Virus record (IMG/VR): IMGVR_UViG_3300047548_001136
Location: 1-64,000 of that record
DNA length: 64,000 nucleotides
Strand: one strand, 5' to 3'
DNA from: a virus
The translations under genes and the position numbers were made by a program. Under the pieces are notes generated by a model. The model did no database searches. It worked only from the letters and a program-made list of their open reading frames with translations, and was not told where the DNA came from. Positions 18,020 to 27,275 of this stretch are shown here, piece by piece. Each line of letters starts with the position of its first letter. Positions within the stretch are counted from its first letter, which is position 1.

Positions 18020-18579
18020 CGACTACTACGCCAAGGGTTATTGTCTTTAGTAACTTCACTGCCGCCAAATCCGCCTGGATTATCAGCAGCAATTTGATCC
18101 CAGAAGTCTTCAAGCTGCCTATAGTAGCTCTTATATCCGTTCAAACGTGCAGCCTTGTCTAGCAATGTCATTACTTTGCTATCATCAAACCCCTGTCTAA
18201 GCATCCAAGGATAAAGTGTATCAATTGGGTCACCATCAGGGAATGTAGAACCAATTACGTCGTTTATCTTATCAGCAATACGTTGAAGCTTTTGATTTGC
18301 TTCTGCCTTCTTTACAGCAGGATCAGCTTTTGGTTTATTAAGCTTACCTTTGAGGCCTGCAAGAACATCAGCAACAAACTCTTTCTGAGTACGACCGCCC
18401 ATCATGTAGTCAGTTACACCGTAAGAAGCACCTTTAACAGCTTGCATAATTTCCTCTTTTCCTTTTAGAGGATAGTATGCGTGCTTGTCAAGCACCTTAT
18501 CAACTACGCCTTGTACACGAGTTTCATAGCTAGAAGTAGCCTCAGCTACAATATTAATATGCTTGCGGATATCAGTCAT
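18016..18579 (-). CDS. hypothetical late protein
   Basis: Minus-strand TAAATA (18601-18606) and AAGGA SD; N-terminus MTDIRKHINIVAEA. Confidence 0.75.
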   Translation of the reverse strand: MTDIRKHINIVAEATSSYETRVQGVVDKVLDKHAYYPLKGKEEIMQAVKGASYGVTDYMMGGRTQKEFVADVLAGLKGKLNKPKADPAVKKAEANQKLQRIADKINDVIGSTFPDGDPIDTLYPWMLRQGFDDSKVMTLLDKAARLNGYKSYYRQLEDFWDQIAADNPGGFGGSEVTKDNNPWRSSR

Positions 18580-18603
18580 CGAGGTTTCCTTTAATGCTAA
18601 TAT

Positions 18604-19125
18604 TTATCCAATAGCTTCAATATACGGGCGCCAACTTTCATGCTTAATGTGAAAGTTAAGATGCTCGATATTGTTGTTAATTAGATGCCATACTTCTGGT
18701 TTGAATGGCAAGCGGCGAGGCTGCACAAGCTTATTGCCCTTCTTTAAGTTGCAAGGCATACATGCTGTAGTACAGTTAGTCCATTCAGTCTTACCACCCT
18801 TACTAACTGGAACCACGTGGTCAATAGTTAGTTCATGTGCATCAAACGTATCTCCACAGTATTGGCACTGATAAAGATCACGCAAGTATAGATTCTTACG
18901 AGAAAAGCGAACGCCCTTCTTATATTTCATATATTCTTTTGTGATTGCCAACGCAGGTACGTTAAGGGTAGTGCTTGGACTATGCACTTGCCAATTATCG
19001 TATTCCTCTAAAATTGTAATACGACCCATAAATCCTAGCTTAACAGCTTGTTGCCAAGGAATAGTGCTCAAAGGCAAATAACTTAAAGGTCTATAATCTG
19101 CGTTCAAAATTAAGCAGTCACTCAC
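18604..19125 (-). CDS. HNH endonuclease (McrA-like)
   Basis: LILNADYRPL, FSRKNLYLRD..CQYCG, LTIDHVVPVSKGG..W.NC.TAC..CN..KG; GTG start after GGAG. Confidence 0.9.
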   Translation of the reverse strand: MSDCLILNADYRPLSYLPLSTIPWQQAVKLGFMGRITILEEYDNWQVHSPSTTLNVPALAITKEYMKYKKGVRFSRKNLYLRDLYQCQYCGDTFDAHELTIDHVVPVSKGGKTEWTNCTTACMPCNLKKGNKLVQPRRLPFKPEVWHLINNNIEHLNFHIKHESWRPYIEAIG

Positions 19126-19137
19126 GACGTTCTCCAA

Positions 19138-19147
19138 TAAATATTTA
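19138..19147. promoter_or_regulatory. palindromic bidirectional late-promoter-like element TAAATATTTA
   Basis: Perfect palindrome giving TAAATA on both strands between divergent genes. Confidence 0.5.
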
Positions 19148-19148
19148 C

Positions 19149-19397
19149 ATGACCAAACAAGAGTTTGATGAAAGATTGACTACAATCCAGATATATTACT
19201 ATATTCCGGATTATCAAAGTTTACTCCAAGAGTTTATATGGCAAACCGTGGATCGTCAACCAGATTTTCCCCGTTCGCACCAATTTTTAGAACATTGGCG
19301 CAACCACATAGAGGCACGTATACATACTATATATTTGGCACATACAGACTTTTGGGGAAGAACAATTTTTAGAAACGTGACTAAGGAATTTAATTAA
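19149..19397 (+). CDS. Usg-like family protein
   Basis: LTT.QI.Y..PDY.SLLQ.FIWQ..D..P.FP....FL..W...IE..IH...AH matches the alphaproteobacterial Usg pattern. Confidence 0.75.
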   Translation: MTKQEFDERLTTIQIYYYIPDYQSLLQEFIWQTVDRQPDFPRSHQFLEHWRNHIEARIHTIYLAHTDFWGRTIFRNVTKEFN

Positions 19398-19435
19398 TGG
19401 CAGGTCCAATGGAAGGAATATTGATTAAGAACTAA
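19397..19435 (+). pseudogene. probable relic 5' end of terL (MAGPMEGILIKN*)
   Basis: Own AAGGA SD; resembles the present TerL start MSNVESVLVKK; ends where the HNH cassette's late promoter begins. Confidence 0.5.
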
Positions 19436-19442
19436 ATATAGT

Positions 19443-20093
19443 ATGATCGATAACAAGTACAAGCGTTGGTACGACAACATTATTAACAATGCCAAAGTAA
19501 GAACTTTGGACGGATATTTTGAAAAACATCACATTATTCCACGAAGTTTGGGTGGCGCAGATACTAAAGAAAATTTAGTTAATTTAACTGCAAAAGAGCA
19601 TTTTATTTGCCATTGGCTATTGATTAAGTTTACAGAAAACGACGAGAAAATGAAAATGTCCTATGCTTTTTGGATGATGATCCATGCGAGCAACATTCAT
19701 CAACAAAACAGATATAAACTTAATTCAAGAACATATCAAATTCTAAAAGAGTCTTTAAAGGACGTTTTTGTAAAACAACATTTGGGTAAGAAATTTTCTG
19801 AAGAGCATAGAAGAAAGATAAGCGAAACTCGAAAAAAGAGAATTGCAACTGGTGAAATTGTAGTTAATGCTGACAAAGCAAAATACAAAGTGATAGCAGA
19901 GAAACGACGAGGCACAAAGGCTTCTGAAGAAACAAAAAAGAAGATTGGTGAAAAACACAAAGGTAAGAAAATTAGCGACGAACAAAAAGAACGTTTAAGT
20001 AGTTTTAATAAGGGTAAGACACTTTCACCAGAGACGAGAGAAAAAATTCGTCAAACGTTGTTGGCAAAGAATGCAGAAAAGAAATTAACATGA
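19443..20093 (+). mobile_element. free-standing HNH homing endonuclease with NUMOD3-like repeats
   Basis: EKHHIIPRSLGG...NLVNLTAKEHFICHWLL; repeated (H/S)EE.K.KI(S/G)E..KG motifs; overlaps the terL start. Confidence 0.85.
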
Positions 20094-21649
20094 GTAACGT
20101 TGAATCTGTCTTAGTAAAAAAAGCACACAAAAAGCATACCTATACCGATAAACAGATTGCAGAGTTTGCAGCATGTATGGATCCAGTTACAGGTCCAGAA
20201 TACTTTATGCGTAACTTCTTTTATATTCAACATCCTACAAAAGGTAAAATCAAATATGAACCGTTTGATTATCAGGTTGATTTAATTCATAACTACCACA
20301 CTTACCGTTTCAGCATTAATATGCTTGGGCGACAGATGGGTAAAACTACTACTGCTGCTGGGTATTTAGTTTGGTACGCTATGTTTGTTCCTGATAGCAC
20401 AATTCTTATTGCTGCACACAAGTACACAGGTGCTCAAGAAATCATGCAGCGTATACGTTATGCTTACGAAGCAGTACCAGATCATATTCGTTGTGGCGTT
20501 GTAAGCTACAATAAAGGCAGTATTGATTTCGATAACGGTTCACGTATTGTTTCTGCTACTACAACAGAAACAACTGGTCGTGGTATGTCTATTTCATTAC
20601 TATATTGCGACGAGTTTGCATTCGTTAGACCTACAATTGCTCGAGAATTTTGGGCTTCTATCTCTCCTACACTAGCAACTGGTGGTAAAGCAATCATTAC
20701 ATCAACTCCAAACAGCGACGACGATCAGTTCTCACTTATATGGCGTGAAGCAAACAAGAAGCTTGACGAGTATGGTAACGAAAAAGAAGTTGGTCGCAAT
20801 GGTTTTGCTAGTTATCTTGCTACATGGGATAAGCATCCTGAAAGAGGTAAAGAGTGGGCAAGTCAGGAACAGTCTGCATTAGGTGATGAGCGTTTCCGTC
20901 GTGAACACAACTGTGAGTTCATCATTTATGATGAAACACTTATTAGTCCAGTCTTACTTGCAGAAATGGAAGGTCACGATACTGTTATGAAACAAGGGCA
21001 AATACGCTGGTTTGAACTTCCAAAATCAGGTAACATGTATCTTGTTGCACTGGATCCAAGTTTAGGTACAGGTGGAGATAATGCTGCTATACAAGTGTTT
21101 TCATTACAAGGGTTAAAACAAGTTGCTGAATGGATGCATAATAAAACACCTATTATTCAACAAGTTGCTATATTAAGAGAAATTACAAAGTATCTTGTTG
21201 AAAAAACAGGTGACCCGAGCAGCGTTTACTACACTGTAGAAAATAACACACTGGGCGAAGCAGCATTGCAGCAGATTGCTGAAATTGGTGAAGAAAACAT
21301 TAACGGATATTTTATGACTGAACCATCTAAGGGAACAGGAAGATCTTTTAGAAAAGGGTTCAACACTACTAACAGCAAAAAACTAGCTGCATGTGCTAAG
21401 TTAAAGCATTGGATCGAAACACGTAAAATGAAGATTTGTAGTAAACCGCTTATTAGCGAACTTAAAACATTCGTTAGTGCAGGTGTAGGATATGCTGCAA
21501 AACTTGGTGAAAAAGATGATCTAGTTTCAGCCACGTTGCTTGTTGTACGCATGGCAATATTGCTCAAACAATACGATAGTGATGCCCATGCAGAGCTAAA
21601 AGACGAGATAGATGACATCATTGAGCCAATGCCATTTGTAATAATTTAA
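20090..21649 (+). CDS. terL: terminase large subunit, T4 gp17-like
   Basis: RQMGKTT Walker A, LLYCDEFAFV Walker B, ITSTPN, LDPSLGTGGD, VENN, KDDLV. Confidence 0.95.
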   Translation: MSNVESVLVKKAHKKHTYTDKQIAEFAACMDPVTGPEYFMRNFFYIQHPTKGKIKYEPFDYQVDLIHNYHTYRFSINMLGRQMGKTTTAAGYLVWYAMFVPDSTILIAAHKYTGAQEIMQRIRYAYEAVPDHIRCGVVSYNKGSIDFDNGSRIVSATTTETTGRGMSISLLYCDEFAFVRPTIAREFWASISPTLATGGKAIITSTPNSDDDQFSLIWREANKKLDEYGNEKEVGRNGFASYLATWDKHPERGKEWASQEQSALGDERFRREHNCEFIIYDETLISPVLLAEMEGHDTVMKQGQIRWFELPKSGNMYLVALDPSLGTGGDNAAIQVFSLQGLKQVAEWMHNKTPIIQQVAILREITKYLVEKTGDPSSVYYTVENNTLGEAALQQIAEIGEENINGYFMTEPSKGTGRSFRKGFNTTNSKKLAACAKLKHWIETRKMKICSKPLISELKTFVSAGVGYAAKLGEKDDLVSATLLVVRMAILLKQYDSDAHAELKDEIDDIIEPMPFVII

Positions 21650-21661
21650 CTAAATAACAGC

Positions 21662-23560
21662 ATGAGACCAATTGAAAAAACAAGTGAAGATTTGTTCCAA
21701 AAGCTTCGTAGTAGATTCAGTCCAGTTAGTATGGGCGATGAAAGTGCGGATGAAACATCTGCTCCAACAGAGGCTAGAATTTTCAACTTTATGTACAAAG
21801 ATGACGAACATGACATAGGGTATGTTTCTATCAGCATAATTGATAATCGTAGTTTCAAAGTTTATTACGGCACTGATTTAGTTGATAGAATTGAAAATAA
21901 AGCTAATTGGTACAGTTTCTTAAAAGATTTGCGTATGTTTGCAAAGCGCAATTTAATGAGTTTTGATGCAAGAGATCTCGCCAAAAATCAATTAGAACCA
22001 AGAGATTTTAAATTTATCAGTCAGCAAGACGGAACATATAAAGGACACGAAGTGACAGTATCAGAAAGTGCAATGTTCGGTAGCCGCCGTAAGAGTTACC
22101 AGACTATGGAAAACGTAAAGATGATTGTTAATCATCGTAAGTCAATTGATGAAACAATCCCAGGTGCACGTAGTCGCTACATTGAGAGCATTTATCTAGA
22201 GCGTGCTGATGGCGAACGTTATAAGTTCCCGTATAATTATCTAACTGGTGCAAGGGCAATGGCTCGTCACGTTAATGAAGGCGGTAATCCATATGATGAT
22301 ATGGGTAAACATATTGTTAACATGATTAAAGAAATGCGTGATCTTAGCAAGTTTGCTCGTCGCACAAAAAAGCACGCAATGGAAGATGAAAACGCTGGTA
22401 ATATTCGTAATAGCGTTGTTGAGCGTTTTCATAGCATGAAGAAGCAGTTAAGTGCAATGAGCGTAAAAGAAGGTTATGCTCGTTTTGTTGAAAACTTTAG
22501 TGCAGACGAAGCACTAGTTGAAGATGATGCAGTACAGCAAATCAAAGAAAGATTTACACAGCAAGTATTTGATACACAATTAGAAGATACATTGCCCGCT
22601 GTTATGAAGGCAATTAAGGAAGCAGAAATGAAGCATGTTGCAGAAGCAGATAAATCTATTGCTCATTTAATAAAGAGCAAACCACTTGTATTGCGTAAAG
22701 ATTCTGCTGCTGATCAAATGTTCCGTAGTACAAAGTTTACTGATGGTGCTGGCTTACTTGGTTTCATTCTAAGTGACATTGCAAGTCGTGCAATTGGTGA
22801 CGGTGCAGACGAAATTGCAAACTTTGCAAGCGATGCTGCTGAGCGTGTACAAGATAAAGATTATGATCCAAAAGACAAGCAAACTGCAATGATGCTTGCT
22901 AAGAAGTATATGGACGATGTTAAGAAGATGACATCTAACCCAAGTTATGCTGATACAGTCCGTGTTGATCCAAAGAACGTATATGGTAAGATGAAGAAGC
23001 GTGAAGGCGGTTTCCATGAAGCAGAACAGTATGAAGCATGGGCAAATGATTTAGTACCTGAAGATAATGTCAGCGAAATTTCTAACAAAGCCAAGATGGA
23101 TTATGTTAATAAAGGAATGGATTGGGCAACCAACAGAACACATAGCGGTGAAAACCCAGATCCAGATATAAAATTTGGTAAAAGAATAGACAATATACAA
23201 AAAACAGTCTCATCCTTGCCAAAAAAAAAGATAGGTGATAAAAAAGTTGGTGAAGCAACCACGCAAGGTACAATAGGAACATCAGGAACATCAGGTCCTG
23301 CTGCTCTTGCTCAAAACCTAAAAGATCCTAACCTAATTAAGCAATCAAAGCTCGCAGCCCAAGCATTGAAGACTGGCGGAGTTCAAAACGTTAATGCACA
23401 AACAGTTGCAAAGACATTAGGAAAACAAGCCAGTTCAATGCCTCTTAATAAGAAGGACATGGAACCCGTTGCAGCACTTGGTGCAAAAGCAATGCAGGCA
23501 GCAACGAATCCAAAGGTCGCTAATCAATTAGGAGCACTGCTTAAAAAAGCAGGCATCTAA
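21662..23560 (+). CDS. large hypothetical late/virion protein
   Basis: 632-aa ORF after terL; TAAATA upstream; GER.KFP..YL.GARAMARHV..GG.PYD motif; Glu-delimited C-terminal modules. Confidence 0.75.
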   Translation: MRPIEKTSEDLFQKLRSRFSPVSMGDESADETSAPTEARIFNFMYKDDEHDIGYVSISIIDNRSFKVYYGTDLVDRIENKANWYSFLKDLRMFAKRNLMSFDARDLAKNQLEPRDFKFISQQDGTYKGHEVTVSESAMFGSRRKSYQTMENVKMIVNHRKSIDETIPGARSRYIESIYLERADGERYKFPYNYLTGARAMARHVNEGGNPYDDMGKHIVNMIKEMRDLSKFARRTKKHAMEDENAGNIRNSVVERFHSMKKQLSAMSVKEGYARFVENFSADEALVEDDAVQQIKERFTQQVFDTQLEDTLPAVMKAIKEAEMKHVAEADKSIAHLIKSKPLVLRKDSAADQMFRSTKFTDGAGLLGFILSDIASRAIGDGADEIANFASDAAERVQDKDYDPKDKQTAMMLAKKYMDDVKKMTSNPSYADTVRVDPKNVYGKMKKREGGFHEAEQYEAWANDLVPEDNVSEISNKAKMDYVNKGMDWATNRTHSGENPDPDIKFGKRIDNIQKTVSSLPKKKIGDKKVGEATTQGTIGTSGTSGPAALAQNLKDPNLIKQSKLAAQALKTGGVQNVNAQTVAKTLGKQASSMPLNKKDMEPVAALGAKAMQAATNPKVANQLGALLKKAGI

Positions 23561-23589
23561 TCAATTTAATTCAATAATTAAATTGCAGG

Positions 23590-23680
23590 TATAAATACAA
23601 ATAGCATACACTGTTAATACAGTGTGTGCTTAGGCAAACACTTATAGGCTAACACAGGCATAACATTAAGGAGAAACATT
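23590..23680 (+). promoter_or_regulatory. gp32 leader: TATAAATA, 12-bp hairpin, three AGGC(A/T) repeats, SD
   Basis: TATAAATA 23590; stem 23603-23630; TAGGCA/TAGGCT/CAGGCA at 23631, 23645, 23655; AAGGAG. Confidence 0.65.
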
Positions 23681-24685
23681 ATGGCATCATTAGCAGAAAT
23701 TCGCGCAAAACTACAACAGAATGAAAACCGTGGACAACAGGGCGGTTTTAAGGGTGATAACGCAATTTACCCACACTGGGATATCCCAGAAGGTTCCACA
23801 GCAAAAGTAAGATTCCTTCCAGACGGCAACACAAAGAATGATTTCTTTTGGGTTGAACGTGCGATGATTAAGCTTCCATTCGCAGGCATTAAGGGGCAGG
23901 CTGATAGCAAGCCTACAACTGTACAAGTTCCATGCATGGAAATGTGGCAAGGCGAAACATGTCCGGTTCTCTCCGAGGTGCGCCCTTGGTTCAAGGACAA
24001 GTCTCTTGAAGAGCTTGGTCGTAAGTATTGGAAGAAGCGTAGCTATTTGTTCCAAGGCTTTGTACACGACAATCCACTAAACGAAGAAAATGCTCCAGAA
24101 AATCCAATTCGTCGTTTCATTATTGGTCCTCAAATCTTTAATGTAATTAAGGCTGCACTAATGGATACTGAAATTGAAGAGCTTCCAACTAGCTATGACC
24201 GTGGTCTAGACTTTAGCATCACAAAGACTAGCAAGGGTGGCTATGCTGATTACAGCACTTCAAAGTGGGCACGTAAGGAAACTGCACTTACAGCAAGTGA
24301 ACGTGCTGCAATCGACGCACACAGTCTACATAATCTAACAGACTTCCTTCCAAAGAAACCAACTGCGGTAGAACTTAACGTTATTAAGGAAATGTTTGAA
24401 GCATCTGTTGATGGGCAGGCATATGATCCAGATCGTTGGGCACAATACTTTAAGCCAGCAGGCTTTAAGGGTGGATCTACTGATGGTGATGAAGAACGAG
24501 CAACAAGTTCGACAAGAACATCTGGAGCTCCAGCCCCAAAGGTAACACCAAAGGTAGAAGATACTGATGAAGTTCCTTTTGACGTTGATGAAACTCCAGC
24601 AGTAGCAACCGCTGCTCCTAAACCAGCTGCAACTAATGCAAGGGCGGAAGATATCCTTGCAATGATCCGTAGCCGTCAGAAGTAA
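23681..24685 (+). CDS. single-stranded DNA-binding protein, T4 gp32-like
   Basis: VRFLPD, C.E.W..E.CPV, YWKKRSY, G.DF.I.K..KGGYADYSTS.W; acidic tail. Confidence 0.9.
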   Translation: MASLAEIRAKLQQNENRGQQGGFKGDNAIYPHWDIPEGSTAKVRFLPDGNTKNDFFWVERAMIKLPFAGIKGQADSKPTTVQVPCMEMWQGETCPVLSEVRPWFKDKSLEELGRKYWKKRSYLFQGFVHDNPLNEENAPENPIRRFIIGPQIFNVIKAALMDTEIEELPTSYDRGLDFSITKTSKGGYADYSTSKWARKETALTASERAAIDAHSLHNLTDFLPKKPTAVELNVIKEMFEASVDGQAYDPDRWAQYFKPAGFKGGSTDGDEERATSSTRTSGAPAPKVTPKVEDTDEVPFDVDETPAVATAAPKPAATNARAEDILAMIRSRQK

Positions 24686-24692
24686 ACAATGA

Positions 24693-25508
24693 ATGACACA
24701 CTGTTTTATTGAAGTCGATAAACAGTTTGTTATTGATATTGAACTGTTTGATACAAGTGTTGCTAAAAAGTTTTTAAATCAACTTAAGTGGCACGTATCA
24801 AACAGTTCGATTAATCAACGTGAATGCTTCTATGGTTATGCAGAAGAAAAGGTTGTACAACAAAACCTTCTTACAGCAATTGATAAAATCAATACGTTTT
24901 TGAAACGTAGCTACATTACTTTACCTCAATATATTGATTGGGACAATCATAATTTTTACAATGATTTACATCAATATTTTGAAAAATTAAACGGTGAATG
25001 GGGTAATCCAAACTTGTTAATGCAAGTAGCACCAAATGACGTAAAGGATGCAATACGGGATTTAAACTTTTCTATTCATAGATTAGAAACACGCCCTTAT
25101 GATGTTAACAGAATGTTTTATCTAAGCTGGGATAAAAATACTTATCGTAGAGAACCATTAGAAGAACACGAATACGAACTTTTTACCGACACATTTGTTG
25201 AAGGTGTTGTTTACCTATCTTATACAGAAGTGGGAAAACACTTAAAAGAGTTGTATCACGATGATCTAACACCCAATTATGAAGCTTATAAAAATTTGCA
25301 CTATGTTGGTGCAGAAGTTCATGTTCGTTGGGACAGCACACATGAAATTTTCACTGATAAGTTTAAGCAATGGGCAAAGCAACATGATATTGATATTAAC
25401 GATAAAAAACTTGGCATTGGTTTAATGCCAGTTGGGACGTTTAAGGGTTCAGATAAGAATTTTACTAAAGACAGCAAAGTCACTAATATTACTATAAAGG
25501 AAGATTAA
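24693..25508 (+). CDS. hypothetical protein between SSB and UvsX
   Basis: 271-aa ORF; N.LH.YFE, LN..IHRLE, Y.EVGK motifs; family not recognised. Confidence 0.7.
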   Translation: MTHCFIEVDKQFVIDIELFDTSVAKKFLNQLKWHVSNSSINQRECFYGYAEEKVVQQNLLTAIDKINTFLKRSYITLPQYIDWDNHNFYNDLHQYFEKLNGEWGNPNLLMQVAPNDVKDAIRDLNFSIHRLETRPYDVNRMFYLSWDKNTYRREPLEEHEYELFTDTFVEGVVYLSYTEVGKHLKELYHDDLTPNYEAYKNLHYVGAEVHVRWDSTHEIFTDKFKQWAKQHDIDINDKKLGIGLMPVGTFKGSDKNFTKDSKVTNITIKED

Positions 25509-25510
25509 TT

Positions 25511-26575
25511 ATGGCAAAACCGTTTGATTTAACAAAATTTCGCAAAGAACTAACAAAGAGCATTGATGGGCTTTCCATTGGCTTTAATGATCCAACTGAT
25601 TGGATCTCAACAGGCAATTATACACTAAACTATCTCATTAGCGGCGACTTCCATAAGGGTATTCCTATGGGTAAGGTTACTGTGTTTGCTGGTGAGTCGG
25701 GTGCAGGTAAATCTTACATTTGCTCAGGCAACATTGTAAAGAATGCACAAGAGCAGGGCATCTTCGTTGTGCTCATTGATACTGAAAACGCACTTGATGA
25801 AGAATGGCTACGTGCCTTAGGCGTTGATACAGATGAATCAAAGCTAATGAAGCTTAACATGGCTATGATTGATGACGTTGCCAAGATGATTAGCACCTTT
25901 ATGAAGGACTACAAGACAATGCCTACTGAGGAACGTCCTAAGGTATTGTTCGTACTTGACTCACTTGGTATGTTGCTAACTCCAACAGACGTTAATCAGT
26001 TTGAAGCTGGTGATATGAAGGGCGACATGGGTCGTAAGCCTAAGGCACTTACTGCACTTGTACGCAACTGCGTCAATATGTTTGGTAGTATGAACGTTGG
26101 GTTAGTAGCAACTAATCACACTTATGCATCACAAGACATGTTTGATCCAGATGATAAGATTTCAGGTGGGCAAGGTTTTATTTACGCAAGTTCAATTGTA
26201 GTAGCTATGCGTAAGCTTAAGCTTAAGGAAGATGAAGATGGTAACAAGATCAGCGAAGTACGTGGTATTCGTGCTGCATGTAAGGTGATGAAAACACGTT
26301 ACGCAAAGCCATTTGAAAGCGTACAAGTAAAGATCCCGTATGATACTGGTATGAGCCCAACATCTGGTCTAATGGATTTGTTTGAAGCAAAGGGTATCCT
26401 CAAGAAGGATGGCAATAAGCTTACCTACACATCTAAAAAGACTGGAGAAATTATCAAAGAGTTCCGTAAGGGATGGACAGACGATAAGCTACAAGTTATT
26501 ATGGATGAGTGGGATGAGTCAACTGTTCCAGAAGGTGTAGTTGAAGAAGTTACTCATGCTGACGTTGAGGAATAA
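25511..26575 (+). CDS. uvsX: RecA-like recombinase UvsX
   Basis: GESGAGKS Walker A, IDTENA, VLDSLGML, TNHTY, SGG.G..YASS. Confidence 0.95.
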   Translation: MAKPFDLTKFRKELTKSIDGLSIGFNDPTDWISTGNYTLNYLISGDFHKGIPMGKVTVFAGESGAGKSYICSGNIVKNAQEQGIFVVLIDTENALDEEWLRALGVDTDESKLMKLNMAMIDDVAKMISTFMKDYKTMPTEERPKVLFVLDSLGMLLTPTDVNQFEAGDMKGDMGRKPKALTALVRNCVNMFGSMNVGLVATNHTYASQDMFDPDDKISGGQGFIYASSIVVAMRKLKLKEDEDGNKISEVRGIRAACKVMKTRYAKPFESVQVKIPYDTGMSPTSGLMDLFEAKGILKKDGNKLTYTSKKTGEIIKEFRKGWTDDKLQVIMDEWDESTVPEGVVEEVTHADVEE

Positions 26576-26601
26576 GTATCTCGTCTTATAAGGTTTTTAA
26601 A

Positions 26602-26823
26602 ATGGAAGAGATATCACATTTAATTTGGAAAGTACTAAGCGAGTATATCCCACAGCGAGATCATGAATCTGCTGCACATCATTTAGTAAATGAACTAATT
26701 GATGCAGGTATACATGAGGATGATCTTTACGCTATGGCTGCTGGTAATCCGGTATTAAGGCGTGCTGTAAAAGAGCAAGTTGAAATCGATGAAGCAGACG
26801 ATGATGATTATGAGGAGCTATGA
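26602..26823 (+). CDS. small acidic hypothetical protein
   Basis: AAGG SD; coupled to uvsY. Confidence 0.7.
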   Translation: MEEISHLIWKVLSEYIPQRDHESAAHHLVNELIDAGIHEDDLYAMAAGNPVLRRAVKEQVEIDEADDDDYEEL

Positions 26824-27275
26824 ACTGGTACACTAGGATTACTGCTGATCTTGCACAAATCCCAAACTTTATTCTTCATTATGAGAATGAACTTGAGAAA
26901 GCAAGAGCAGATGTACGTATCTACGGCAAGATTGAAAAAAATCTTGCCGATTTGCCAGGTATAACGGAATATAGATTTAGCCAGCTTCAAGAAATTGAGG
27001 CTGTGCTAAACTATCTTAATATTCAACTTAACAAAATTAGACGTAAGCATTTTCAAAAGTATCTTGAAAATTACAACAGAGCATTAAGTAGTCGTGAGGC
27101 TGAAAAATATGTTGACGGCGAAGATGAAGTAATTGATTACGAAACAATTATTAATGATGTAGCCTTAGTACGTAATAAATGGCTTGGTGTTATGAAAGGG
27201 CTTGAAAGTAAGAACTTTCAACTAGGGCATATTACAAAGCTACGAGTTGCAGGAATGGAAGATATTGTATTATGA
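26820..27275 (+). CDS. uvsY: recombination mediator UvsY-like
   Basis: Helical; follows uvsX; YVDGE, KGLESKNFQLGHI.KLR.AGMED. Confidence 0.75.
   Translation: MNWYTRITADLAQIPNFILHYENELEKARADVRIYGKIEKNLADLPGITEYRFSQLQEIEAVLNYLNIQLNKIRRKHFQKYLENYNRALSSREAEKYVDGEDEVIDYETIINDVALVRNKWLGVMKGLESKNFQLGHITKLRVAGMEDIVL

Noticed and set aside
19436-20089. Group I intron in terL
   Set aside because: The interval is almost entirely endonuclease ORF with no room for a ribozyme core, and terL has its own overlapping ATG.
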